Positions 35,055 to 44,952 of a stretch of 64,000 bases of DNA are shown here, one piece after another (position 1 is the stretch's first letter; each line of letters starts with the position of its first letter). This DNA comes from Vulcanimicrobiota bacterium (GTDB lineage: Bacteria > Vulcanimicrobiota > Vulcanimicrobiia > Vulcanimicrobiales > Vulcanimicrobiaceae). The stretch is taken from NCBI GenBank assembly GCA_963795855.1, contig CAWCIZ010000002.1:64001-128000 (forward strand), given 5' to 3'. The notes beneath the pieces are model-generated. The model was not told where the DNA came from, did not search any database, and saw only the letters and a list, made by a program, of their open reading frames with translations. A program made the position numbers and the translations under genes.

Positions 35055-35712
35055 CTACTTGTCTCCGTTCTTCGCGAGCGTGCCGACGAGTCTGCGCGTA
35101 CGCGTCCGCCGTGAAAAGGATGCGATTGTAGCGCAGGACGTCTTTCACGTCGAGCGCGCCGGTGTGCGTGATGCCCACTTTGCGCAAGTTGCGTCCGACG
35201 CGGTGCAGCCGGTCACCGACCTGTTCGTCACGGCCGAAAACGACGAGTGTCGACGGGCCGTTCTTGGCCTCTTTCGCGCTGCCGAAAAGCAGACTCGCGA
35301 ACTGCGAGGTCTTCTCGATTGTGAAGTTGCTCGCGTCGAGCACCGTGACGGCGTCGTTGCGGAAGCGATCGGCGAGCGCGGCGAGAAACGCGGCGCGCCG
35401 TTCTTTTTTGTTCAGGTCCGTGACGTAACTGCGGGGCTGCGGGCCGAAGACCACGCCGCCGTGCATCCACTGCGGCGAACGAATCGAACCTTGGCGCGCG
35501 CGGCCGGTGCCCTTTTGGCGCCACGGCTTGCGTCCGCCGCCGCTGACTTCATCGCGCTTCTTCGTCGAAGCGGTGCCGGCGCGCGGGTTGGCGAGTTCGC
35601 GATAAACCGCGCGAAAGATCGCGTGCTGCTTGTCGCTGTATTCCTGATTGAAAACTTCCGGCGTCTGCTCTTCGCGAACGATCTTTCCGGTTGCGTCGAT
35701 AACGTTAGGCAT
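35055..35712 (-). CDS. rplD: 50S ribosomal protein L4; probable indel near the 3' end
   Basis: [38 protein letters not shown]. Confidence 0.95.
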
Positions 35713-36337
35713 TCGCCACCGCCTTCACGCTCTTACGCACGACCACGAGTGCGTTCTTCGGACCGGGGATCGGGCCGCGCACGAGCAGCAAGTTGCGCTC
35801 CGTGTCGGCTTTCACGATTTCCAAATTTTGATGGGTGGTGCGATCGACGCCGAAATGACCCGGACGGCGGCTGCCTTTGACGGTGCGTCCCGCGTTCGTG
35901 TCGCCGTTCGAAGCGGGTTGGCGGTGAATCATCGAGCCGTGGCTCGCGCCGCCGCCGCTGAAGTTGTGGCGCTTGATACCGCCGGCGAAACCGTGACCCT
36001 TCGATATGCCCACCACGTCGACGCGATCGCCGGGGACGAACTCCGACACGGTGATCGTTTGGCCTGCCTGCACGCCGTCGATGTCGTCGCGAAATTCGCG
36101 AACCCACCGTTTGGGCTCCGCGTCGTTCTTCTTATAATGTCCGGCAAGGGCACGCGAGACGCGCGACTTTTTGATGTCGCCGAAAGCGAGGGCGACGGCT
36201 TCGTAGCCGTGCTTCTCCTTCGTTCTGCGCTCGACCACCGTGCAGGGACCGGCTGCAATCACCGTGACCGGCACGTAACGGCCGTCATCGGTGAACACGC
36301 TCGTCATCCCAACCTTGCGGCCAAGGATGTTCTTCAT
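35705..36337 (-). CDS. rplC: 50S ribosomal protein L3
   Basis: ILGRKVGMT, VDVVGISKGHGFAG, LLLVRGPIPG. Confidence 0.96.
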   Translation of the reverse strand: MKNILGRKVGMTSVFTDDGRYVPVTVIAAGPCTVVERRTKEKHGYEAVALAFGDIKKSRVSRALAGHYKKNDAEPKRWVREFRDDIDGVQAGQTITVSEFVPGDRVDVVGISKGHGFAGGIKRHNFSGGGASHGSMIHRQPASNGDTNAGRTVKGSRRPGHFGVDRTTHQNLEIVKADTERNLLLVRGPIPGPKNALVVVRKSVKAVANA

Positions 36338-36499
36338 GTAAATCCTCGTCCTCGGCTTCTGCTTTCCGTGCGGTCGTCGTTGCCGCGAGACGCGAAACCA
36401 GGAGCCTTCGATGTGAAGTACACTGACCCAAGCGTACTGCATTATTTCTTCCACCGGCACACGGAAAAGACCGCGGCCGGCGTGGGCCACAACCTGGGC

Positions 36500-36528
36500 A
36501 GTTTACCAGGAACGCCCGTAGGCGTCAA
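36500..36528 (-). promoter_or_regulatory. sigma70-type promoter of the rplC-led operon
   Basis: TTGACG-17 nt-TAAACT with extended -10 TG. Confidence 0.7.
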
Positions 36529-36682
36529 GCAGAACGGGTCAGTTGTGTATCGGTCGCCCGCTGGGCGGCGCCGGCGCCCGCACTTCAAACAGCCGAGCGC
36601 GCCGTCGGGCATGCCGTGGATGCCCACACGGGGAGACTGCACGCCAGCACGCCCGCAACGCAGCTCAAGAACGTCTTTGCGA

Positions 36683-37108
36683 TCATCGCGTGGACCTTGC
36701 AGCGGGTCGGGGCGACGGCGGCGCTTTCGGCGGCGCCGTACCTTTACAGGTTGAACTTACGAAATGGATCGCGGCGTACCCCTGAGCGGGTCGAGGCGGA
36801 TCCACCGCATACTGTGCCTCGTGTATGCCGGGACCGCAAGAAGTTGCCATGAGCATCGAGCGCGGGTCCGGGCTCATCGGTTCGTACGAACAGGTCGTCG
36901 TGCAGATTTGCACCCGCTTGAGCCACTCAGACGGCGAAAGGTCGCCGACGCTCAGCGGTTCGGCCGACGCCGCACAATAATACACTCCCGAAGCGACGGA
37001 CAAATACGGTATGCGCGACGTCGCATCGGATGCCGGCGGAGCAGGACAAGCATCGGCCAAGCCGCTCGTCAAGAAGAACAGGGCGAAGACGCCGAAAATT
37101 TTCTTCAT
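36683..37108 (-). CDS. Secreted Cys-containing hypothetical protein
   Basis: Signal peptide MKKIFGVFALFFLTSGLADA. 3' end uncertain. Confidence 0.5.
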   Translation of the reverse strand: MKKIFGVFALFFLTSGLADACPAPPASDATSRIPYLSVASGVYYCAASAEPLSVGDLSPSEWLKRVQICTTTCSYEPMSPDPRSMLMATSCGPGIHEAQYAVDPPRPAQGYAAIHFVSSTCKGTAPPKAPPSPRPAARSTR

Positions 37109-37175
37109 TCGACAAACTCCAGCGGCCGAAGCCGAGTGCGCCTGCTTCCATTGTACTGCGCGGCGGCGCGTTCTG

Positions 37176-37649
37176 CTACATGTTCGTGGCCTTCATCGCC
37201 GGATCCGGAATGCCGTTCGGGCAGATCTTCGCTTGGTCTGCCGCCGAGACGTAATACGCATGCACATCATAGTGCGGAACGGGAAAACCTTCGTGCCCGT
37301 TCGGTTCGAATGCGACGTCGACGTGATCGATGTGGTAGCCGGGCAGCGCGCGCAAATTTGCGTAGCTGAAACCCTTCTTCAATTGCGCGACCGATACCAT
37401 GATTTCGGTGAATACCGGTTTGCCGTTCCACGTGCCGTAAATCGGCCCGAGCGGCAGGTTTTTCAAAACCGCCCAGTGCTCGCCCATCGTTTGAATACAC
37501 GGCGACACCATGACGGCGCCGCTTGGAATACCGGCCGGATGAACTTGGGGCTGCGGCGGAAGTTGCGGCATGCCTTTCGAAGGCGCTGCAACCGCGAGGC
37601 ACGTACTGGCCGCGAAAGCGAAGGCGAAGAGCGTAAAGCGTGTGAACAT
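37176..37649 (-). CDS. Secreted His-rich protein, DUF5602/TTHB210-like
   Basis: Signal peptide; MGEHW and IDHVDV..NGHEGFPVPHYDVH motifs. Confidence 0.65.
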   Translation of the reverse strand: MFTRFTLFAFAFAASTCLAVAAPSKGMPQLPPQPQVHPAGIPSGAVMVSPCIQTMGEHWAVLKNLPLGPIYGTWNGKPVFTEIMVSVAQLKKGFSYANLRALPGYHIDHVDVAFEPNGHEGFPVPHYDVHAYYVSAADQAKICPNGIPDPAMKATNM

Positions 37650-37676
37650 GCTTCCTCCTTACAGGGAGAAATCCGT

Positions 37677-39487
37677 TCATTTACCGCGCGCCGCTTCCTT
37701 TCGCTGCGTTGCAAAAGGGGACAAACGGCTCAGCGAACGGATTCGCACGCGGCGCGTTTCGGCCGAAAGTCCGCGCTTCCACGCATCGAGCAGATCGTCG
37801 ACGGTCAGAATTCCGACCCATACACCTGCGTCGTCGACGACTGCGACGCTGCGTCGTCCGCGCGACGCCATCACGCTCGCGGCCGCGCGTACCCGATCTT
37901 CGGGATGCACGGTGACGGGTTTTAGTGCGAGCGATGCAATGGTCGTCCGTTCGGCGTCCGCTGCGTGCGCGCGCTGGAGAATCGTCCCGTGCGCAACGAA
38001 TCCGGAAATATCGCCCGCGGCATCGACGACGGGATATTCCAAGTAGTGAAGCTGCCGATCCAATTCCGTCAAACGCCGTGCGATCTGCGCGATCGTTGCG
38101 CGATCGTCGAGAACGACTAGCCGTTCGCGCGCAACCATGACGGTGTGCACGGCGATCAATTCTAGCGGATGCACGGAATACTCGCGCGCGACGTGCATAC
38201 CGCGGCGCGCAAGCTTCTCCGTCAAGATCGATCGGGGTACGAAGATGACCGTGAACGCCGTTGCCGCCACGCAGCCGATAAAGATCGGCGGCAGCAATCC
38301 CCATGCGTGCGTGGTTTCCAACGCGAACATCGTCGCCATGAAGGGCGCGCGCATGGTGCCGCCCATAATCGCCGCCATGCCCACCGCCGCCCAAACGCTC
38401 GCATCGTGTCCCGGGATCGCGACCGCGAACAGCGTGCCCATTGCTCCGCCAATCATCAGCAGCGGAGCGAGTACGCCGCCGGACGTGCCGGAACTCAGTG
38501 CCGCAATCCAGATTACGATCTTCACCACGATGATCGCGGCTACGACGCCTACCGCGAGCTGAGCATTGAGCATGCCGTTGATCGTGCCGTATCCTACGCC
38601 GAGCGCCTGCGGAACGAACCAGCCGCCTATACCGACGACTGCGCCCCCGATCGCGGGCCACCACATCCAATGCACGGGAAGCCGCTCGTACGCGTCTTCC
38701 GTCCAATACACCAACTTCGTCATGATCGCCGAGACGAGACCGCCGCCTATTCCGACGATCGCCGCCCATCCGAACGCTTCCGGCGCAATCGTGTGCGGAT
38801 GCGCGACGAGAAACGGCGGGTTCGGTCCGATGATCAGTGCGCGTATCACGTCCGCGATGAAGGCGGCAACGGCGACGGGAATGAAGTGCGCGGTTTCCAT
38901 TCGAATAGCAGCAGCTCGACCGCGATGAGCACCGAAGCGATGGGCGCGCCGAACGTCGCCGCCATTCCGCCGGAGGCGCCGCAGACCAGCAGCGTGCGCC
39001 GCTCGACGGACGAGAGGCGTAAAAACTGGGCGAAAAGCGAACCGAACGCGCCGCCCGTCATGATGATCGGACCTTCGGCACCGAAAGGTCCGCCGGTTCC
39101 GATCGTGATTGCGGAAGCAATCGGTTTCAAATACGCCACGCGCGCTTGAATGATGCTGTCGCGATCGAGAATCGCTTGAATTGCCTCGGGTATACCGTGG
39201 CCCCGAATCTTGTCGGTTCCGAAACGCGCGATGAGTCCGACGACCAGACCGCCGACGATCGGAATGAGGATCGCAACGGGACCGAGCGCGCGAGGATTCG
39301 GCTGAACCAGCGAAGCGCCGACTTCGTGTAAATACAGCGCGTGCGTGATGAACCCGATGAGGACCAGCAGAACTTTCGCGACGACCGCTGACGCGACGCC
39401 GATTACGACGGCAAGCGCGCTCATGAAAAGCAACCGGCGCGGATCGGTCGTGAAATCGGCCAGCTTGCCGCGTTCGGTTTGCGCCAT
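37677..39487 (-). CDS. ClC chloride channel/antiporter with C-terminal CBS pair; frameshift near 38900
   Basis: GHGIPE, GGPFGAEGP, SGTSGGVLAP, SILTEKLARRG, then CBS motifs. Confidence 0.9.
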
Positions 39488-39568
39488 TGCTGCACATCAT
39501 AACCAAAGACGGCAGCCCGCGCTACGTATTCTGGCGGGTGCCGTCCTCGGAATAACTACGGTTATCTT

Positions 39569-41126
39569 CTAAACGAGCGTCGTCGCTACGAACGTTCCGC
39601 CGTTGTAGAATCCGTACGCGTCGATCACTTGGCCCACGGCGACCGGGCCGTTCACGGTGTAGCCGTTCTGCATTGCGGAAGAGGCATCGACGACGATCGG
39701 CTTCGTGCCGTTGGCGCCGAGCACCATCAGCAGGTTGCCGGTCCGGGCAACTACCAAGCCCTGCACTTGCTGCGGCGCGTACAACCCGTAAGGACCGGAG
39801 GATGCCGGCGTCATGTTCGTATAGCCATATGAAGCGGCGGGCGAAGAGCACGAGCCGTCGCCGTCGGTATCCGCATCGCTCCACACGCAGTTGTCATACG
39901 GTGATGCATATGCGCCGTACTGCGGATACGATCCGTATTGCGGATACGAGTTGTATACCGGATACGTCGCGTTTTGCGGCGCAGCGTATACCGGCGTTTC
40001 GTACACGGGCGTTCCATACGCGGGTGTTCCGTAAGTCGGCGCACCGTACGTGGGCGTGCCGTAGGCGGGGTAGGCGGTCGTGTACGCGTACTGATTGGTG
40101 CATGAATCACCGGCGCCGCCCGAAGCCAACGCGGTGAGCGCAATCGCGGTCAGATTGCTGCCGTTCAGGCTGCCGTTCCCGGTCAACGCACCGATCACGG
40201 CAGGCAGCAGCGCTGCGTACGTCGTTGACGAGGGCCCGTAGCAATACTGAGGCGTCGCGTACGCGTTCCCCATGTACGTCGGCGACGTGTAGAGCTGATA
40301 ACCGCCGTTCTGGTAGGTTACCGGCACCGTAACGTACGAGCCGACGGGAAGAATTTCAGCCGGGTTCGCGACCGCGTAATCGCGCACGACGAGCGGCGTC
40401 GTCGCGATCGGCGGCTGCAGCACGATCTCTCGCCGCGACACGCGGATGACGCGGCCCGCGAGGTATGCGGGATGATACACCATCGGAATCGTGCGGCTGT
40501 GCGCCGCATACGCGGCGCGAATCAATGGCGACGTCACGATGGATCGCGTAACGATCTCACGCCGAACCCGCGGAGCGGAACGAACGTACTGCACGAACGG
40601 CGCGGCGTTCAGCCGGCGAACCTGCCGTACTCGCGGCGTAACCCGCTGCACAAAGTGTGCGCGGCGAACCGGAGCAGCGTAGCGCACGCGGCGAACCGGA
40701 GCGGCGTACCGCACGCGGCGAACCGGAGCGGCGTACCGCACGCGGCGAACCGGAGCGGCGTACCGCACGCGGCGAACCGGAGCGGCGTACCGCACGCGAA
40801 CCGGAGCGGCGTACCGCACGCGAACCGGAGCAGCGTACCGCACGCGAACCGGAGCGGCGTACCGCACGCGGCGAACCGGAGCGGCGTACCGCACGCGAAC
40901 CGGAGCAGCGTACCGCACGCGGCGAACCGGAGCAGCGTACCGCACGCGGCGAACCGGAGCGGCGTAACGCGCGCGAACCGGAGCGGCGTAACGCGCAGGC
41001 GCGGCCGTATGCGTCAGCTCTTTCACGCGTTTGCGCGGATGCAGGCTGAAGCGCGCACAGCACTATCGCTGCGCACGCGGCCGTGGTGGTGATTCCCCTC
41101 AGAAGACTGCTCGTAGAGTTTCGCAT
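39569..41126 (-). CDS. Secreted low-complexity repeat protein (RYAAPVR repeats, YGxP repeats); frameshift after signal peptide
   Basis: Signal peptide MRNSTSS...LQPASA in one frame; the body is ORF 39569-41026. Confidence 0.65.
40661..40993 (-). repeat. Coding tandem repeat, 13 units of 24/27 bp
   Basis: GCGGCGAACCGGAGCGGCGTACCGCAC and a 3-bp shorter variant, encoding RYAAPVR(R)V. Confidence 0.95.
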
Positions 41127-41213
41127 CGTAGCCTCGCTTGTTCCCAAGTCTGTACGCAAGGGTAACGAGGTTTCGAGGCGTGTCGGTTCGCAGGCGAGCG
41201 CTGCCCGATGGTC

Positions 41214-41795
41214 TTAAGGATCGAAAATCTTTACCAGCATCTCCGAGCGGCTGCGCGCATTTGTTTTCTTGAGCAGCGCTTTGAAATAATCTTTGACCGT
41301 CGAGCGGCTGATGCCCATGTTCGCAGCAATCGCGGGTGCATCCAGTCCATTCATGATGCAGTGCAGGACTTCGGTTTCGCGCTTCGTCAGAGCGTAGCGA
41401 TTGACTGCTCGAGGCAAATGCTCGCGGCGAGTGCGCCTTTCGATCAGCACGGTCGCATACGTCCCGCTTTCGCCGTGAAGCGGAACCACGCGCACGACGA
41501 GCGTGCCCGCCTCGAACAAGAGCGCGCTTTCGCGCTCTTCGGGCGCTTGCTGTTTGCGAAGGGCGGCTTCGATGATAACATGAAGGGCAGCCGGGAGGCG
41601 GCCGGGCTCCCGCTCTGCAGGGTAAGCTTCGCTCAAGCACTCGAGCGCGCGGTTTTCCGCGCACACAATGCGAAGGCCGGGATCGAGCACGATGATATAC
41701 GGCCGGGATCGCCGGTTCAGGATTTCCTGACTTAAGCCGGGCAATGGTGCACCCGCCTGCTGCATCCGAGCTGCCACATCCAGTTGAAGAATCAC
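41214..41795 (-). CDS. LuxR-type HTH transcriptional regulator
   Basis: LTKRETEVL..IAANMGISRSTVKDY..LLKKTNARSR. Confidence 0.85.
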   Translation of the reverse strand: MILQLDVAARMQQAGAPLPGLSQEILNRRSRPYIIVLDPGLRIVCAENRALECLSEAYPAEREPGRLPAALHVIIEAALRKQQAPEERESALLFEAGTLVVRVVPLHGESGTYATVLIERRTRREHLPRAVNRYALTKRETEVLHCIMNGLDAPAIAANMGISRSTVKDYFKALLKKTNARSRSEMLVKIFDP

Positions 41796-41845
41796 GGTAG
41801 GTAGATAGCCTATCGCTTTCTTACCCGGTCTCGCAATACCCCGGA

Positions 41846-42133
41846 CTAGTCCAAAGTATCCATTCCGCGAACTCTAAACTCTTCGAAGAGCAGCGCGAGC
41901 AAGCGTGGGGCTGCCCGAAGGGGCGTTACACGAAGCGCAACGCTCCCGAGAACCAGCGAGCCGCCTTGGGGACCGAGCTTCTTTGCGGCCTCTTCCACGG
42001 CCGGCGAAAGACGTTCGCGGCTCCAGAGGGCATCGAGCGAAGACGGCGGCGCACTCGCCGCGACTACATTGAAGAATTCGTCCACCAACACTACCGCGGT
42101 CGCGCCGGGCGACCGCTTCACCGACGGGTTCAC
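41846..42133 (-). CDS. Hypothetical protein resembling the N-terminal domain of the adjacent LuxR regulator
   Basis: VVLVDEFFNVVAA / RLSPAV / LRVTPL / LALLFE parallel IIVLDPGLRIVCA / RLPAAL / VRVVPL / ATVLIE. Confidence 0.55.
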   Translation of the reverse strand: MNPSVKRSPGATAVVLVDEFFNVVAASAPPSSLDALWSRERLSPAVEEAAKKLGPQGGSLVLGSVALRVTPLRAAPRLLALLFEEFRVRGMDTLD

Positions 42134-42134
42134 G

Positions 42135-43665
42135 CTAATTTCGAGCAACGGCACGGGCAGTGTTGCGCTGCGCGGCAGTGCGACGCATTTCGTCGATGAT
42201 GTGCGGGGCCAAGCCCCCCGAGTACACGTCGAAATGATCCCGCCCCGGCAAAACGCGGATCGATTCCGCGCCCGGCGGAAGCCGCTCCCCAAGCAGCGAC
42301 ACTGCTTTGTTCAGCGAAAAATTGTCGCGGTCTCCGACGATGATGTGCAGTTTGCCGCGCAATGCAGGTGCCAAACGCGTCCAGTTCGCGGACAAAATTC
42401 TGGAGAGATCGTACGCGCGCCACGCCTTCGCGACGGAAGGATCTATCGCGCCGGTACGCGGATCGAAAAGATTGCGCGGCGTCCCGTCGGCGCCGCGAGG
42501 ACTGAACACGGCGTCAAACGATGCGAGCTGGCCACCCCATGGCCCTTCCACCGATTCCAGCTTCACCGCTTGACGATTGGTGAGCACCGTGCGCGCGCCG
42601 TCCACTTGATACGCCGTTTGTCGTCCGCCGCGCGCGTAAAAGTTCGCGCCGGGCGCATAAATGTCGGTACCGAGAAAACTGCGGAAATCGACGGGGTCCG
42701 GCGAAACCGCCCATGCTCCCGCGAACAGCGCCGGATACTGCGTCTGCAGCCAAAGTGCGGACCACGCGCCCGAAGAGTGTCCCGTCAGAAACTGAGCATG
42801 GGGCTGCGTGCGAAACGTTCGCTGCACGTACGGCACCAAGTCATGAACGAATGCGGAAGCCCACGGACCATTGTTGGCGGAGTCTGCGAATTCGGTGTCG
42901 CCGAGCGAAGAGCTCGCATCGGGGTACACGAAAATCATTTTCGGCAGCGCGCTCGATCGCATCGCGTCGACGACTCGCCGCGCGTCGAACGGAGAGTTGT
43001 CGAACGCAGCCGAAGCGCCGGTTTTTCCGAACGCATGCAGCACGTACACGACCGGATAGCGGTCGCGTGTCTGTCCGTAGTCGGGTGGAACCGCGACGAC
43101 GGCGTGCATCTGGACCGGCGCGCGCGCAAATTGAGAGAGTTCCGGGCTCGGAATGCCGGCCGCGACGATTGAAGACCCGTACGGATAGGCTGCGCTGCCG
43201 AACGGGACGCCACACGTGAAGCGTTATGCGCGTTCCGCGCTGTACGCGCACTTGCGACACGCCGCTCACGTCCATTCCTTTGGTCAATCCGGAATACGCG
43301 TACGTGCCGTTCCAATCGATCAGCGCCATAACGGAGTACGTTCCGGCCGGCAAATCGTCGAGCGTCCCCGGATAGCCTGCAGAGCTACCGTCCAGCACGA
43401 CGGTGCTCCCCGGTCCCGCATCGTGCAGCGGCTGCGCGTAGATTGCGTCGTGCGATCCCAGTGTATAGCGCAGCACGTGCGAGGGCTGGCGCGAAAAAAT
43501 GACGATCGCACGGCCCGTTGCATGCCGTGCCAGTAACCAAGGCGCGATGTGAACGACGGCGCTGGTATGCCCGTCCGGCGAGGGAGCGGTAGACGCATTG
43601 ACGCATCCGCATAGTAGGCAGCCGGCCAAGCTGAGCGGCGCAAAGAATCGGAGCAATGCGCTCAT
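42135..43665 (-). CDS. Exported alpha/beta hydrolase (esterase); frameshift near 43150
   Basis: Lipoprotein-like signal; YPVVYVLH, nucleophile motif GHSSG, VGDRDNF, GRDH. Confidence 0.8.
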
Positions 43666-43720
43666 CGTCCTATCGTAGGCGCTCGCGCCGGTCGGCGTAA
43701 GGCGCACCTTTACCATGCCG

Positions 43721-44284
43721 CTAGAAGAGCGGCAAAGTATCTACGAGCACTTCATGTGCCAATTGGAACGTCTCGGCATAGTGCTGTGCGTTCTGCAAGT
43801 CGACCAGGAGCGTTGGTACCCCTGCCGTTATTCCCGCTTCCAAATCCGCGACGCTTGCGCCAAGATATAAACTGTGACTCAAGTCAATTTTGAGGTTCGC
43901 AGCGGCGGATTGCAGCAATCCCGGAAATGGATGACGGCAGAGGCATTCACGTTCCAGCCCGTGCGTGCAATACAAAAATGCGGCGGTATCGATCCGGTGC
44001 TCGTTGAGAATCTCGACCGTTTGCAAAATGATCGCCCGGGCGTCGGCATCGCGAAGCGGAAGCTCCGGGGGTTCGGAATGGGCAAGAATTACGAGCGGCA
44101 CTCCCGCATCGGATATGTTTTTCGCATGGGACAAAAACAAGCGGTCGACGTGGCCCGACGTCCGCAAGCCGCCTTCCCGCTCGACCAATAACGCGCTGCT
44201 GTTGGTCGGGCGCTTTTTCGCGCGCCAAAGGATCGGACAAGGCGAAACCGCCGGCGCTTCTTGCCGGAGTGCGTCCCAATTCAT
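43721..44284 (-). CDS. HAD-IIIA GmhB/HisB-like phosphatase homolog with degenerate active site
   Basis: YCTH..CLCRHPFPGLL, IDLSHSLYLG, DLEAG..AGV; motif I reads VEREG rather than LDRDG. Confidence 0.7.
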   Translation of the reverse strand: MNWDALRQEAPAVSPCPILWRAKKRPTNSSALLVEREGGLRTSGHVDRLFLSHAKNISDAGVPLVILAHSEPPELPLRDADARAIILQTVEILNEHRIDTAAFLYCTHGLERECLCRHPFPGLLQSAAANLKIDLSHSLYLGASVADLEAGITAGVPTLLVDLQNAQHYAETFQLAHEVLVDTLPLF

Positions 44285-44621
44285 CGACCAGCTCCTTTTT
44301 TACGAACCTACGCCATTAGGATTGGCGAACGAAAGGGCGTTCCAGCCTAAGTCTTGGTCCTATGCACGTCAACTTGCACCGCCGCCAAATGGGATGACGT
44401 AATCATAATGCGGTCCGATCGTCCCACTCGGACGTAGTCCAAAACGGCTATATAAAGCCGAGCGATGCTAGCAATAGTGATTCAGGTATTGGGTAAACGC
44501 CCCATCTGCAGATGATACGCCGGCCATGCGCGCGGGCGGCGCGCACCGCGTTATGCTCTTTGAAGCACAGCGCTGCTACGGAAGCAACTGTGTATATCAC
44601 CACCTCTAAGGACGTGAGGCG

Positions 44622-44774
44622 ATGGAGTACACCAAACCGGAAATCATGACCTCGTATGCAGTGATCGATCTGTATACATCAGCGTCGGGCTTTGCCTCGA
44701 CTCCGACTTGCACCGGCTCGTTCGACGACAACGGCATCGGCGCAAACTGCGACGACGGCGGATCGTACGGCTAA
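44622..44774 (+). CDS. Putative RiPP precursor peptide P1, 50 aa (not in ORF track)
   Basis: MEYTKPEIMTSYAVIDLYTSASGFASTPTCTGSFDDNGIGANCDDGGSYG; AAGGA/GAGG RBS; terminator directly after; leader shared with P2 and P3. Confidence 0.8.
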   Translation: MEYTKPEIMTSYAVIDLYTSASGFASTPTCTGSFDDNGIGANCDDGGSYG

Positions 44775-44794
44775 CCGGCCGATACAAACGCCTT

Positions 44795-44831
44795 GAAGCC
44801 CTCCGCGCGCCCGCGGAGGGCTTCCTTTTTT
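44795..44831 (+). terminator. Intrinsic terminator after P1
   Basis: 13-bp stem GAAGCCCTCCGCG/CGCGGAGGGCTTC followed by T6. Confidence 0.85.
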
Positions 44832-44952
44832 ATAGTCCATATAACGGCCGACGGATGAGCCGTAGGAAGCTCGGAATCTGAGTACGACGCGCGTAGGCCC
44901 AGGGGCGGCGCGCGATTTACACTAAAAGCGGACACCGCTGCAGGAGGAAACC

